From the NCBI GenBank assembly GCA_963785305.1, contig CAWAUV010000007.1, positions 1,824,001 to 1,888,000 on the forward strand: a stretch of DNA of 64,000 nt, given 5' to 3'. A program made the position numbers and the translations under genes. The notes beneath the pieces are model-generated. The model worked only from the letters and a program-made list of their open reading frames with translations, had not been told where the DNA came from and did no database searches. This stretch comes from an uncultured Planctomycetaceae bacterium. Lineage in GTDB: Bacteria > Planctomycetota > Planctomycetia > Pirellulales > PALSA-1355. Of this stretch, positions 53,062 through 63,548 are shown in pieces (within the stretch, counting starts at the first letter, position 1; every line of letters starts with the position of its first letter).

Positions 53062-54889
53062 TTAATGAGCATGGGCCATGTCGGCCAATTGCACGACCGC
53101 GCGATGTTGTTCCTTCTCCAGATAGGCCCGGCCTTTCTTCACGTTGATATGATCCCAGGGCAGCCGGCCCTCGACCGGAAAAGGGCGGTGCAGCGCCGCG
53201 GGGTCGTAGCCGCATTCGCCGAGCGATTCCCACCACAGGCTCGGTTTGAAATGCTCGCGCCAACCCTCGAGCCGCGAACCGCGGCGCCAGGCCAGCTCGA
53301 TTGCCGGCGCGAGCCGCCGATCGCCGCGACTGAGCACGCCCTCGAGCAAGCTGGTGTCGGTGTCGTGGTATTTCACTTGCACGGCGCCCGAGCGGCGCTT
53401 CTGCGCAAATGTCGATGCGCCGAATCGAAGTATTCGCGCGTCTGCATCGCGTTCCACTGATAGGGCGTGTGCGCCTTGGGCACGAAGTTCGACACGCTGG
53501 CCGTGACTTTCGTGTAGCGGCCGGTTTCCTCGCGACCGATTTTGGAAATCGTCTCGGCCATTTCGACGATGCCATCGAGGTCCACCACCCGCTCGCCCGG
53601 CAGTCCGCAGAGAAAGTAGAGCTTCACCTGCTGGAAGCCATTGTGAAACGCCTCGCGGCAGCCGTCGAACAGGTCTTGGTTGCTGATCTTCTTGCGAATC
53701 TGCTCGCGCATATCGTCGCGGGCCACTTCCGGAGCGAGCGTCAGGCTGTTGCGGCGGCTGGGATCGATCAGCGCCGCCACGCTCTTGAGAGCCTCGTTGA
53801 CTCGAAGGCTCGGCACGCTGATATCGACTCCCAGCGGGCGAAATACTTCGTGCATTCGCTGGACCAACCGCTCGAAGTGGGGATAGTCGCTGGTCGAGAG
53901 CGAGAGCAGCGAAATCTCGGTGTGGCCGGTGTTGCGATAGCTTTCGAGCGCCGCGGCCACGATCGTCTCGACTTCGCGCACTCGTAGCGGTCGCTTGATG
54001 ACCGTGCTTTGGCAAAACCGGCATTGCCAGGGACAGCCGCGCATGATCTCGATCGAAATCCGATCATGCACGCACTCGACAAAAGGCACGATCGGCGCCG
54101 TGGGCAGCGGCGTGCCATCGAGATCGGCAATCACCGAAGGTTCGATCGTCTCGGGCACATCGCTCCGAGTGCGCGCGAGCCCGGCCAGGCTGCCGTCGGC
54201 GCGGTACTCGGGCTCATAGAAGCGCGGGGCATAGGCATAGGGCAGTTCGCGGGCGATATCGGCCAGCGCTTCGGCCCTTTGATGGCGGCCCATGGCGCCG
54301 AGCGGCCAGCGGCCGTGTTCTCGCCCGGCGTCGCGACTGGTTTTCCAGCGATCGCAGATTGCCGGCAAGCTCGGCTCGCCGTCGCCGCTCACGAAGAGAT
54401 CGATGAACTCGGCCAGCGGTTCCGGGTTCTGGCGCAGGGGCCGCCGGCGATGATGAGCGGGTCCGCCAGCGAACGATCGGCCGCGCGGAGCGGAATGCCG
54501 GCCAGATCGAGCATCGTGAGAATGTTGCTGGTACACATTTCGTATTGAAGCGTGAAGCCGACGACATCGAACCGGCCCAGCGGCACGAAATTCTCAAGGC
54601 TATAGATCGGCAACCCTTGGCGGCGGAGTTCGGCCTCCATGTCGGGCAGCGGCATGAAGGCTCGTTCGCAGAGCCAGTCTTCGCGGGCATTCATCAGCGA
54701 ATAGAGCACTTGCAGGCCGTGGTGGCTCATGCCGATCGTGTACGTGTCGGGAAAGCACATGCAGAGCGCGCCGCGCTGGGAGTGCTCCTTGCGCACGATG
54801 TTTAGCTCCCCGCCGAGATACTGGGCGGGCATTTGCACCCGCGGCAGCACATGGCTGAGCAGGTGATCTTTGAGCGGCTGATTAAACAT
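53062..54889 (-). CDS. TIGR03960-like radical SAM protein; frameshifts near 54430 and 53400
   Basis: PAQYLGGELN, FPDTY.IGMS, GFTLQYE, EIMRGCPWQCRFC, LTLAPE, FVPKAHTPYQW, LPWDHI. Confidence 0.9.
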
Positions 54890-55146
54890 GGGCTTTTTGC
54901 CTGAGTTTTGGGGGCATGGCGGGTGGGCGCCTTGGCGGCGCTAAATCAGAGTATGGCACAATTGCCACGGGGCCGACAATCCGGGTCTTGCGGCCTGGCG
55001 ATGGGCGGTGTGCGCGGGGCCGCTGGCAAGATGCGTCGAGCTTGCGGCGGAAGTCGCTCCGGCGCGGGCATCGCGGCGATCGATTTGCTCGACAAACGCT
55101 TTGCCGCCACGGTAAACTTGCGATCCGCGGGGTGAAGCCACCCCCC

Positions 55147-56525
55147 CTCCAAGTAACCGACGACGGCACGTACACATACCAGTACGACGCCGAAGGCAAC
55201 CGCATCCAGCAAACCGATCTCGCCACCGGGGCGTACACGACGTACGCCTACGACTTCCTTCAGCAGCTCACCACCGCCACCAGCTACACGGCCGCCGGCG
55301 TCGCGACGCAAACGGTCACGTACGCCTACGACGCCCAAGGCCGCCGGATTTCGGAAACGGTGGCCGTGGCTGGCGGCGCCACGACAACGACAAAATTCGT
55401 CTACGACGGCGAAAACATCGTCGCCACGCTCGACGGAACGAATGCTTTAACGAATCGGTATGTGGACGGGCCGGCGGTGGATCAAGTCTTCGCCGACGAG
55501 CAGTTTTCGCCAACCAGCGCTGGCGAAATGCCCAGCGCCCCGGCGCGACGATTTGGCCCTTGGTGGACAACCAGGGGACGGACCGCGACTTGGTGGAGTA
55601 TAATGCGGCGACGGGGGAAACGACGGTCGTCGATCACATCACCTACAACAGCTTCGGCGACGTCACGAGCGAAACGAATCCCGCGATCGACTACCTGTTC
55701 GGCTACACCGGTTTCGTGCAAGACCTCGCGACGGGATTGGACCAAAGCCAGTCGCGCGAATACGACCCCTTCGACGGCCTCTGGACCCAACAAGACCCGA
55801 TCGGCTTCGCGGGCGGACAAGCAAATTTGAGCGAGTATGTCGGCAATGGACCGACGGATGGGACGGATCCCACGGGGCTGGCTCAACCGGTATCGAAAGC
55901 TAGGCTCACTCAGATCGCGCAGCAGCAAGGACTGACGAACGATCCGGTAACAAACCTTCCCCTCACCGGGGGGCCGTTGCAACAGCGCGTCGGTGATTTG
56001 TTCGAGAAATTTGTTCTTACGGCGACGGGTTCAGTGAAAAACATGGCAAAGTTCGTTTCGCCCGATAGAGCTCGAATGACGAATGGGCAACACAATACTG
56101 TTTCGCCCGATGCAACTAAACCCGTGACGCGGTACATCGGCATGCCCGGGAACCCATTCGGACAAACTAAAATAACTTTAGTGAACGGTGAGTTCATTGA
56201 CGCAAAGGCCGTTTCCGGTACGATAACAAAAAGCTACGACAGCTATCAGATGCTTGGATTTCTGGATGCGCTCGACACCACTACGCGAAATTCGCCTGCT
56301 CGCGTGAATAACGGTGTCAAGCCGGTGTTGCTATTTGTCACGACTTCGGACACAGTTGTTAGTCCTGCTGTAATTGCAGAAGCTACACAACGAGGAATTC
56401 GAATTCGGCAAGCCATTGTCGAAGAGACTCCAGTTGATGCGGCAGGCAATTACCTTCAAATCGGGGCACCAACCGAACTTAATGGTGCTGTAATTGGCTT
56501 GCGATCGGCGCCAGGAAAGTTATAG
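55147..56525 (+). CDS. N-terminally truncated (orphan) Rhs core with a PD-(D/E)xK-like C-terminal toxin; indel near 55540
   Basis: YD repeats (YQYDAEGNR, YAYDAQGRR); RYVDGPAVDQ, YNSFG, FGYTG, REYDP..G.W.QQDPIGF.GG..NL..YVGNGP...DPTGL; C-terminal GDLFE, PDA and FIDAK. Confidence 0.8.
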
Positions 56526-56535
56526 TCATAATGCT

Positions 56536-56977
56536 ATGGAATACACGCCACGTCACATTCTATACGGGCTGCAGCCCTACGGAAAACACTTCATTGACCG
56601 CATTCCAGAGTTGCTCGAGCGTTTTCCTGATGAGTTTAAGCTGCCGCGAAACATACTCGACTTCGGTACTGAGAGTATTGCGATTATTGACCAAGCGATT
56701 CATAGCATTGGCGTAGAGTACTGCCTTCGACCAATTCGTTTCTGCGCGTTAACAGCGTTTGTCGGAGAAATGTTAATTCGAACTGTTTCCTCCCGGTGGG
56801 AGATGCGATTGGCTGCCGAGAATATCTGGGAACCCTGGATTGTGAGCCGTTACGATTCGCGCAGCGCCATTCGTAACTGTGTCGAGGAGGCTTGACCCCG
56901 ACGAAGGATATTGCTTGCTCGCTTGGACGATTGGGACGGAAATATTGATACTTCGAGGAGAAGGGTTTAATCGTTAA
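56536..56977 (+). CDS. Putative immunity protein; ORF stops at 56895, with a plausible continuation to 56977 after an indel
   Basis: Small AT-rich gene starting 11 nt after the toxin stop; LDF..ESI..ID..I...AFVGE.L...W...WEPWI pattern. Confidence 0.65.
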
Positions 56978-57109
56978 GAAAATCTGAAGCGATCAGCGGA
57001 GTTGCCGCGAATTTAATATACGAATAAAATATGCATGGAGCGGACGTCACTTGTCCCTCCCGAAAACCTCGCGGTGGTGCATGGCGATGCCGAATAGGGA
57101 CGATTTCGC

Positions 57110-57625
57110 GGGCTCGGCTTCGACTCCGACGGCGGCGCCACTACCACGACGACCGACGCCTACGACCCGGCCGGAAACCTCACCAGCCAAACGGTCACGT
57201 CCGAAGGCGTCTCGCATACGACCAGCTACCATTACGATAAAGACGGCAACATCGTCGAGACGACCGATCCCGAAGGGCAAATCATCGCCGACGCCTATAA
57301 TAATGAAGGCGAACTGGCGACCGAAACCTGGTACGCGTCGGCCGCGGCCCAAGCGGCGGGCACTCCCAGCAACGTCATGAATTACACCTACGACGCCGCC
57401 GGCGACCTGCTCACCGCCGGCGACGACGATTCGTTCTACACCTTCGCCTACAACGCCGATGGCGAGCAGACCTCGGTCGACAATGCCGGCACGCCCGTGC
57501 GCTCCGAACGTCGTGCTCTCGAGCGGCTACACCGACGACGAGCGCACGAGCCTCGCGGCCAGCGGCGCCGCCACGTTCGCCGACACGTTCGGATACGACC
57601 AGTACGGCAATCTCACCAGCGAACA
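57110..57625 (+). pseudogene. Rhs/YD-repeat internal fragment
   Basis: AYDPAGNLTS, YHYDKDGNIVETTDPEG, YTYDAAGDLLTA, YNADGEQTSVDNAGTP, GYDQYGNLTS; no start codon or Rhs core. Confidence 0.8.
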
Positions 57626-57670
57626 ATCCAAAGGGGTCAAACAATCCAAAGGGGTCAGGAGTCATTGATT
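57622..57670 (+). repeat. Two 18-bp tandem copies of AACAATCCAAAGGGGTCA, then GGAGTCATTGATT, at the Rhs breakpoint
   Basis: Read directly at 57622-57639 and 57640-57657. Confidence 0.8.
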
Positions 57671-57715
57671 TAACTGATAACCGGTGTTTGACTCGCGAGC
57701 AGGCAGCGTTTTATC

Positions 57716-58200
57716 TTTGACGACCCGCCGGATAGCGGCTCCGCTGGCGGACGCCAAGCCGTGTTCCAGTTCCAAACCACCGGCGATGGCGCGAGCGCTC
57801 CCGCGCCCAGCGCGGCGAACCTCACCGATCGTTATTTGTGGGGACCCGCGGTCGATCAGCTTTTGGCCGACGAGCAAGTCACCGACCCGAGCACGCCCGG
57901 CAACATCTTGTGGACGCTCGACGACGGCCAAAACACGGTGCGCGACACGGTCGATTCAAGCGGCGCGATTCAAGACCACATCACTACAACGCCTTCGGCC
58001 AATCGGTCAGCCACACCGCGCCGAACCCCGCCGCCGTCGACGCCGTGTTCGGCTACGACGGCCTCTTCACCGACCCCACCACCGGCGACGACTTCGCCGT
58101 GAACCGGGTATACGATCCGTCGAGCGGAACCTGGCTCACGCCCGACCCCGCCCAAGCGGATGTGAACACCTACCGCGCTTTCGGCAACAGCCCGACGAAC
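57716..58200 (+). pseudogene. Second Rhs core fragment, truncated before the DPxG site
   Basis: RYLWGPAVDQLLADEQ, NTVRD, YNAFG, FGYDG, RVYDPSSGTWLTPDP, YRAFGNSPTN, then loss of similarity. Confidence 0.8.
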
Positions 58201-58208
58201 GCTCGCGA

Positions 58209-59127
58209 ATGGAGTTCCCATGGATCGCGGCGAAAGAAAACGGCAAGGCACGGACGATGGATAAAGAAGCGCGGCGCCTGGCGCGGAATCTCGTGATGAC
58301 TTCCGCCGTGGTCACTCTCGACACCGATGGCGTGCCGACGCAAACGCAAATCATGCTCGGCGAAAGCGAGGCCCGTTTCAAGGAAGTCCTCAATCATCTC
58401 GACGAACACATGCTCATGGAAATCGAATCGCTGGTCGTGCCGATTCCCAACGGCCCCGTGCGGCCCTTGCAATCCTTTCGGCGCAACGGAATGTGCGCGC
58501 CGGCCTGCCCGGGTTCATGTTCGGCGCCCAAGCCGACCTCAAATATCAATTTCAAGGCGAGCATGAATTCAAGGGACGTGGTCTCGCGGCGGTGTTCGAC
58601 TTCTCGGGTCCGATAAGGGCTCGCGGCGGCGGAGCCAGTTCTTCCGTCGGCGGCCTCATGTTCGGCCGCGTCGAGATCTCGCCCGAAACCGGCGAAATCT
58701 ATAACGCCACCATCGATCTCAAGATCGATGTCGATCTCAATTCCGCCAGAATTCCGCGGATGACCGGTCACTTGAAGGGCGCCTTGCGGTCCGGCGATTC
58801 CTTGGTGGCGCCCGGCGCCGTGCCCAAGCCGTCTCAACCGCCGCCGCCGCTCGATCCCGCGGATAAACGACGGGAATAGGTATACGACAATCAGGGCCCC
58901 GGCAATCAACAATCGGGTAAACTCAAACGCAACGATGACGGGACGTGGACCGAAACGAACTCCGCCGGCGAGCAGCACACCTTCCGCGAGCGGCAGCGCA
59001 CGGAAAAGCACGTGATTCTCGTCGACGTGGAACGCTCGATCGTGCTGCGGTGCGACGAGGACTCGCTGGCGATGCTTCGTGATAAAAAGTGGATCAAGCT
59101 CTACCAAGGCGCGGTTGGGCAAAATGA
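58209..59127 (+). pseudogene. 3' fragment of a hypothetical gene with frameshifts and an in-frame TAG at 58877
   Basis: Protein-like frames in ORFs 57684 and 58493, and after 58879 (GTWTETNSAGEQHTFRE...VILVDVER...WIKLYQG). Confidence 0.5.
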
Positions 59128-59155
59128 ACCGCCCTCACGTCCGCCGCGCTCGCGT

Positions 59156-60469
59156 TCACGCGAACACGAAGCGGCCGGGATTCAAAATGTTTGCCGGGTC
59201 GAATTCCCGCTTCACTTTGTTCATCCACTCGAGCGCCGGACCGGCCGTGTCCCAAGCGAGGTCGCGCGGCCACGGCGCGGCGCGCGACGAACAGGCGATG
59301 GAAACCTTGCCCCCGACGCCAACCTTGCCCCCGACACCCGCGCGCAGCCGGTTCAAGAGCGATGCGCTCTCGGCGGCGTCCCCAAAAAGAGCCTCGCCAA
59401 AACGGGCCATGACAATGCCGTTGCCGGCATGGGCCATGATCTCGACGCCCGGATCGACCGCTTGGCATTGAGCCACGAACGCCAGCGTTTGGCTCGGCGC
59501 GAGGCTGGCCTTGATGATGAGCGCGGCCGGCGCGGCGGAAAAATCTCGCAGGCGCCCGGCGAATTCCTCGGCCGCGTCGCCCTCGAGCGACATGGTCGGC
59601 GCGGCGCCCAGCGGACGCCATTCTTCCGCGAGCCGGGCCCGCATCCACGCGACTTCCTCGGCCGCGCCGTCGAGTCCCACCACGATCCAGCCGCGGGGTT
59701 CAATGGACCGCGAAGCCGCGGCGGCCAGCACCTGCTCGCTTCGCCAGTGGGGGCCGGCGAGAAAGTCGATCGACGCGGGACCCGCGGCGCTTGCCGCCAA
59801 GCGAGCCAAGACCGCTTCGGCGATGTCGATGTCCGCCACGGGACACACGACGAGCATCGATCGCTCGGGCAGCGGCTTGAGCTTGAGCGTGACTTCGGTG
59901 ACGATGCCCAGCGTGCCCAAGGACCCGGTGAGCAGCTTGCAAAAATCGTAGCCGGCGACATTCTTGACGACTCGCCCGCCGGCTTTGAATTCGACCCCGC
60001 GCCCATCGACCGCGCGCAGTCCGATCACGTAATCGCGCATCGTGCCATATCCATGGCGGCGGCCGTCGCTCCAGGCCGTGGCCACGAGCCCGCCGAGCGT
60101 CGCCTGCTCGGGATGCGCGCCAAAGACCGGCAACCACTGTTTCTCCGTTGCCAGGACGCGAGCCAGTTCGGCGAGCTTGACTCCCGCGGCGAGCGTGATC
60201 GTCATGTCGTGCGCCGGATAGTCGACCACCCGCGCGAGCCCGGCGAGCGAAAGACCGAGGCCGGGCCGCGTGGCGGGGGCGCCAAAGGCAAGGCTTGTTC
60301 CGCCGCCGAGCGGGTACACCGGTGTTTTCTCGCTCGCGGCTTGGGCGACGAGCTCGGCGAGCGCCGCCGACGACTCAGGCGCCGCGATTTGGCTGAGCGG
60401 CAGCCCGGCGAGCGAGGCTCTTTCGGCCACCGAGCTCGCGACGCTCGCGTTGTGAAGTGCTTGGGTCAT
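59156..60469 (-). CDS. glcE: Glycolate oxidase FAD-binding subunit GlcE-like
   Basis: GGGT, VVDYPAHDMTI, ATLGG, AGGRVVKNVAGYD.CKL.TGSLGTLG, FDP.NILNPGRF. Confidence 0.85.
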   Translation of the reverse strand: MTQALHNASVASSVAERASLAGLPLSQIAAPESSAALAELVAQAASEKTPVYPLGGGTSLAFGAPATRPGLGLSLAGLARVVDYPAHDMTITLAAGVKLAELARVLATEKQWLPVFGAHPEQATLGGLVATAWSDGRRHGYGTMRDYVIGLRAVDGRGVEFKAGGRVVKNVAGYDFCKLLTGSLGTLGIVTEVTLKLKPLPERSMLVVCPVADIDIAEAVLARLAASAAGPASIDFLAGPHWRSEQVLAAAASRSIEPRGWIVVGLDGAAEEVAWMRARLAEEWRPLGAAPTMSLEGDAAEEFAGRLRDFSAAPAALIIKASLAPSQTLAFVAQCQAVDPGVEIMAHAGNGIVMARFGEALFGDAAESASLLNRLRAGVGGKVGVGGKVSIACSSRAAPWPRDLAWDTAGPALEWMNKVKREFDPANILNPGRFVFA

Positions 60470-61902
60470 AGCGCCGCTCGGCGACCGGGGTGGGTTTGTT
60501 CGACTCCGCAGGCGCCGGCCGTGGGCAACATTTTCGCGGGGCTCAGCCTTCCGGCGGGATTGAACGCCGCGCGCAGCCGGCCCATCGCCGCGAGATCGTC
60601 GTCGGTGAACATTTTGCGCATGAAGCCGATTTTCTCGACACCGATGCCATGTTCGCCGGTCACGCTACCGCCCGCGGCGAGGCAGGCGTCGAGTATCTCG
60701 CCGCTGGCCTCGAGCGCGCGGGCAACCTGGGCCGGGTCGCGCTCGTCGAACAACACGATCGGGTGAATGTTCCCATCGCCGGCGTGGAATACATTGACGA
60801 TTCGCATTTCGTGCTTGCGGCCGATCTCGCCGATGGCCCGCAGAATCCACGGCAGCTTGGTCCGCGGCACGACTCCATCTTGCGTGCAATAGCTGGGGCT
60901 CAATCGACCCACGGCGCCGAAAGCCTGCTTCCGCGCTTTCCAAAGTTTGAGCCGCTCGGCCCCGTCGCGGGCTTGCCGCACTTCACGGGCCCCGCATTGC
61001 TGGCAACACTCGACGATCCGCTCCCGCTGGGCGTCGAGCCCGACTTCGAGTCCGTCGACTTCGATGAGCAGAATCGCTTCGGCGTCGAGCGGAAAGCCGA
61101 AATGAAAGGCGGCTTCGACCGCCGCCAGAATTCCGCGATCCATCATCTCGAGCGCGGCCGGAATAATGCCGTGGCCGATAATGTCGCTGATGGCGCTCGT
61201 GGCGGCGTCGACCGAATCGAACACCGCGAGCATGGTGCGCACCGATTCGGGCAGCGGCGCGAGCCGCACCCAGACCTTCGTCACGATCGCGAGCGTGCCC
61301 TCGCTGCCGACGAGCGCGCCGACAAGATCGAGGCCGGGCGTGTCTTCCCAAGGTCCGCCAAACACGACGATCTGGCCATCGGTCGTCACGACTTCGAGCC
61401 CGAGCACATGGTTCACCGTGACACCGTATTTGAGTGTGTGCGGCCCGCCGGAGTTGGTCGCCACATTGCCGCCGATGGTGCAAGCCCCGCCACTCGATGG
61501 GTCGGGCGCGTAGTGCAGGCCGGCGTCGCGCGCGGCCCGCGAAATCCAGGCATTGACCACGCCCGGCTCGACCACGGCATATCGGTCGCGAGCATTGAGC
61601 TCGAGGATACGTTTCATCCGCGTGAGCACGATCATCACCCCGCCGCCCACCGGCAAGCAGCCGCCGGCCAGACTGGTGCCGGCGCCGCGCGGCACATAGG
61701 GCACATCGAGCGCATTGCAAATCCGCACCACGGCCGCCACCTCGTCGGCCGATTCGGGAAACACGGCCACGTCGGGCCGGTTCTTATCGATCACGAATCC
61801 ATCGCATTCGAACACCACGAGCTCGCTCGCGGCCGAAAGCACTCGCGCGGAGCCGAACGCGGCTTCAAGTTGGGCGACCAGAGTTAACTGCGGGGTATTC
61901 AT
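60466..61902 (-). CDS. glcD: Glycolate oxidase subunit GlcD-like FAD-linked oxidase
   Basis: RGAGTSLAGG, YAPDPSS...CTIGGNVATNSGG.H.LKYGVT, NVFHAGDGNIHP, GEHGIGVEK. Confidence 0.9.
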   Translation of the reverse strand: MNTPQLTLVAQLEAAFGSARVLSAASELVVFECDGFVIDKNRPDVAVFPESADEVAAVVRICNALDVPYVPRGAGTSLAGGCLPVGGGVMIVLTRMKRILELNARDRYAVVEPGVVNAWISRAARDAGLHYAPDPSSGGACTIGGNVATNSGGPHTLKYGVTVNHVLGLEVVTTDGQIVVFGGPWEDTPGLDLVGALVGSEGTLAIVTKVWVRLAPLPESVRTMLAVFDSVDAATSAISDIIGHGIIPAALEMMDRGILAAVEAAFHFGFPLDAEAILLIEVDGLEVGLDAQRERIVECCQQCGAREVRQARDGAERLKLWKARKQAFGAVGRLSPSYCTQDGVVPRTKLPWILRAIGEIGRKHEMRIVNVFHAGDGNIHPIVLFDERDPAQVARALEASGEILDACLAAGGSVTGEHGIGVEKIGFMRKMFTDDDLAAMGRLRAAFNPAGRLSPAKMLPTAGACGVEQTHPGRRAAL

Positions 61903-62009
61903 GCGCGATAAGAGGGTTAAGCGAGACTTGGGGACGACGGCGGACGATCGTGACTAGCAGTTTCTCGAAGCATGCGACAACGACATTTGTCGATCGACGG
62001 GTGGGTATT

Positions 62010-63548
62010 TCAACCCTTCACCTTCTCCGCAATCGCCGTGAACTGTTCCAGGGCGGTTTGCAGATCATCGGCGATCTCCTGGGCCAGCACGTCGGGAGTG
62101 GGCAGGTCATCGGAGTCTTCCAGGCTCTTATCTCTGAGCCAGAAGATGTCGAGGTTCACTTTGTCCCGCTTCATCAAGTCTTCGTAGTCGAACGACCGCC
62201 ATCGGCCTTCGGGAGTTGCCTCGGTCCAGATCGGCTTCCGCAGGTGGCGCTTGCCGGGCCGGTAGCACTCCACGAATTCATCCAGGTCGGCCCGTTGGAG
62301 CGGGTTCGTCTTTTGCGTGAAGTGCATGTTCGTCCGTAGGTCGTAGACCCACAACGTCTTCGTCCAGGGCTTTTCTTGAGCGGGCTTGGCGTCGAGGAAC
62401 AGGACGTTGGCCTTCACTCCCTGGGCGTAGAAGATGCCGGTCGGAAGCCGCAGGAGGGTGTGAACGTCGCACTGTTTCATCAGATTGCGCCGCACCGTCT
62501 CACCGGCCCCGCCCTCGAACAGCACATTGTCCGGGACGACGACGGCACAGCGGCCATTGACCTTGAGCAGCGTCTTGACATGCTGGACGAAGTTGAGTTG
62601 CTTGTTCTTGGTCGTCGTCCAGAAATCCTGCCGCTCGTAGGCCGTGTCGTCCTTCTCCAGATCGCCCGCCTCGTTCACGATGGAGATGCTGCTCTTTTTC
62701 CCGAACGGTGGGTTCGTCAGCACGACGCTGAAACGCTCGCCGGGGTCGCTGGCGAGGCTATCCACGCCGGACTTGATCGGGCATGTAGAAGCGGCATCTT
62801 GCCGCTTTCCATCCATGCGGCGGGACGCCGCATCTACTCCGTCGATGCCGTGCAGGTACAAGTTCATGATGCAGAGACGTGCCGTGTTGGGGACCAACTC
62901 CCAGCCCTTCACGAACTTCGTCCGCAGATGCCTTTTCTGATCTTTGTCGAGCGTCTTGCCCTGGTGCTTGGCAACGTAGTCGTAAGCGGCCAGGAGGAAG
63001 CCGCCCGTGCCTGCGGCTGGATCGCAAACGGTGTCGTCGGCGGTTGGCTGCACGCAATCCACGATGGCCTTGATGAGTTCACGGGGAGTGAAGTATTGGC
63101 CCGCCCCCTTCGGACTCTCGGCGGCGCTCTTGGCGAGCAAGCCCTCGTAGATGTCCCCTTTCACGTCGGCCTGCATGGAGGACCACTTCTCCACGTCGAT
63201 CAGGTCCACGATCAGCCGCCGCAGCGTGGCCGGGTTCTGGATTTCGGGCCGGGCTTTCTTGAAGATTTCGCCCAGCATCCCTTGCTGCTTGCCGAGTTCT
63301 TCTAGGATGTGCCGGTAGTGGGCTTCGAGTTCGTCCCCCTCCCTCTTCAACAGACTTTCCCAACTGAACTTCGCCGGGACGATGGGCGGCTTGTTGTACG
63401 GCGGCTTCGTCTGCTCGTCGGCCATCTTGAGAAAGAGCAGGAAGGTGATCTGCTCGGTGTAGCCCATGTACGAGAGGCCGTCGTCCCGCAGAACGTGGGC
63501 GAAGTTCCAGGCTTTGTTGACGATCTGTTGGGAGTCGTTGTTACTCAT
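62010..63548 (-). CDS. hsdM: Type I restriction-modification methyltransferase subunit
   Basis: LRDDG, GDIYEGLL, GAGQYFTPR, DPAAGTGGFL, NPPFG, VVPDNVLFEGG, LRLPTGIFYAQGVKANV, YDLRTN. Confidence 0.95.
   Translation of the reverse strand: MSNNDSQQIVNKAWNFAHVLRDDGLSYMGYTEQITFLLFLKMADEQTKPPYNKPPIVPAKFSWESLLKREGDELEAHYRHILEELGKQQGMLGEIFKKARPEIQNPATLRRLIVDLIDVEKWSSMQADVKGDIYEGLLAKSAAESPKGAGQYFTPRELIKAIVDCVQPTADDTVCDPAAGTGGFLLAAYDYVAKHQGKTLDKDQKRHLRTKFVKGWELVPNTARLCIMNLYLHGIDGVDAASRRMDGKRQDAASTCPIKSGVDSLASDPGERFSVVLTNPPFGKKSSISIVNEAGDLEKDDTAYERQDFWTTTKNKQLNFVQHVKTLLKVNGRCAVVVPDNVLFEGGAGETVRRNLMKQCDVHTLLRLPTGIFYAQGVKANVLFLDAKPAQEKPWTKTLWVYDLRTNMHFTQKTNPLQRADLDEFVECYRPGKRHLRKPIWTEATPEGRWRSFDYEDLMKRDKVNLDIFWLRDKSLEDSDDLPTPDVLAQEIADDLQTALEQFTAIAEKVKG
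62785..62837. repeat. GTAG-type REP doublet (REPIN-like) inside hsdM
   Basis: GTAGAAGCGGCATCTTGCCGCTT, a 7-nt spacer, then ATGCGGCGGGACGCCGCATCTAC: two inverted, internally palindromic units. Confidence 0.8.

Noticed and set aside
13870..54889. Programmed frameshifting or true pseudogenisation of hisE, nth, purL and the radical SAM gene
   Set aside because: No consistent slippery sites and no other decay; sequencing indels are the simpler explanation.
54916..55146. N-terminal extension of the Rhs ORF from 54916
   Set aside because: Not Rhs-like and overlaps the radical SAM upstream region; Rhs similarity starts abruptly at about 55147.
59012..61887. Long + strand ORFs 59012..60766 and 60490..61887
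   Set aside because: Antisense shadows of glcE and glcD; only the first ~35 codons of 59012 belong to the upstream pseudogene.
61954..61970. CTAGCAGTTTCTCGAAG as a fourth TAGCAG element or island end
   Set aside because: Only 7 bp are shared and no partner inverted repeat is visible.
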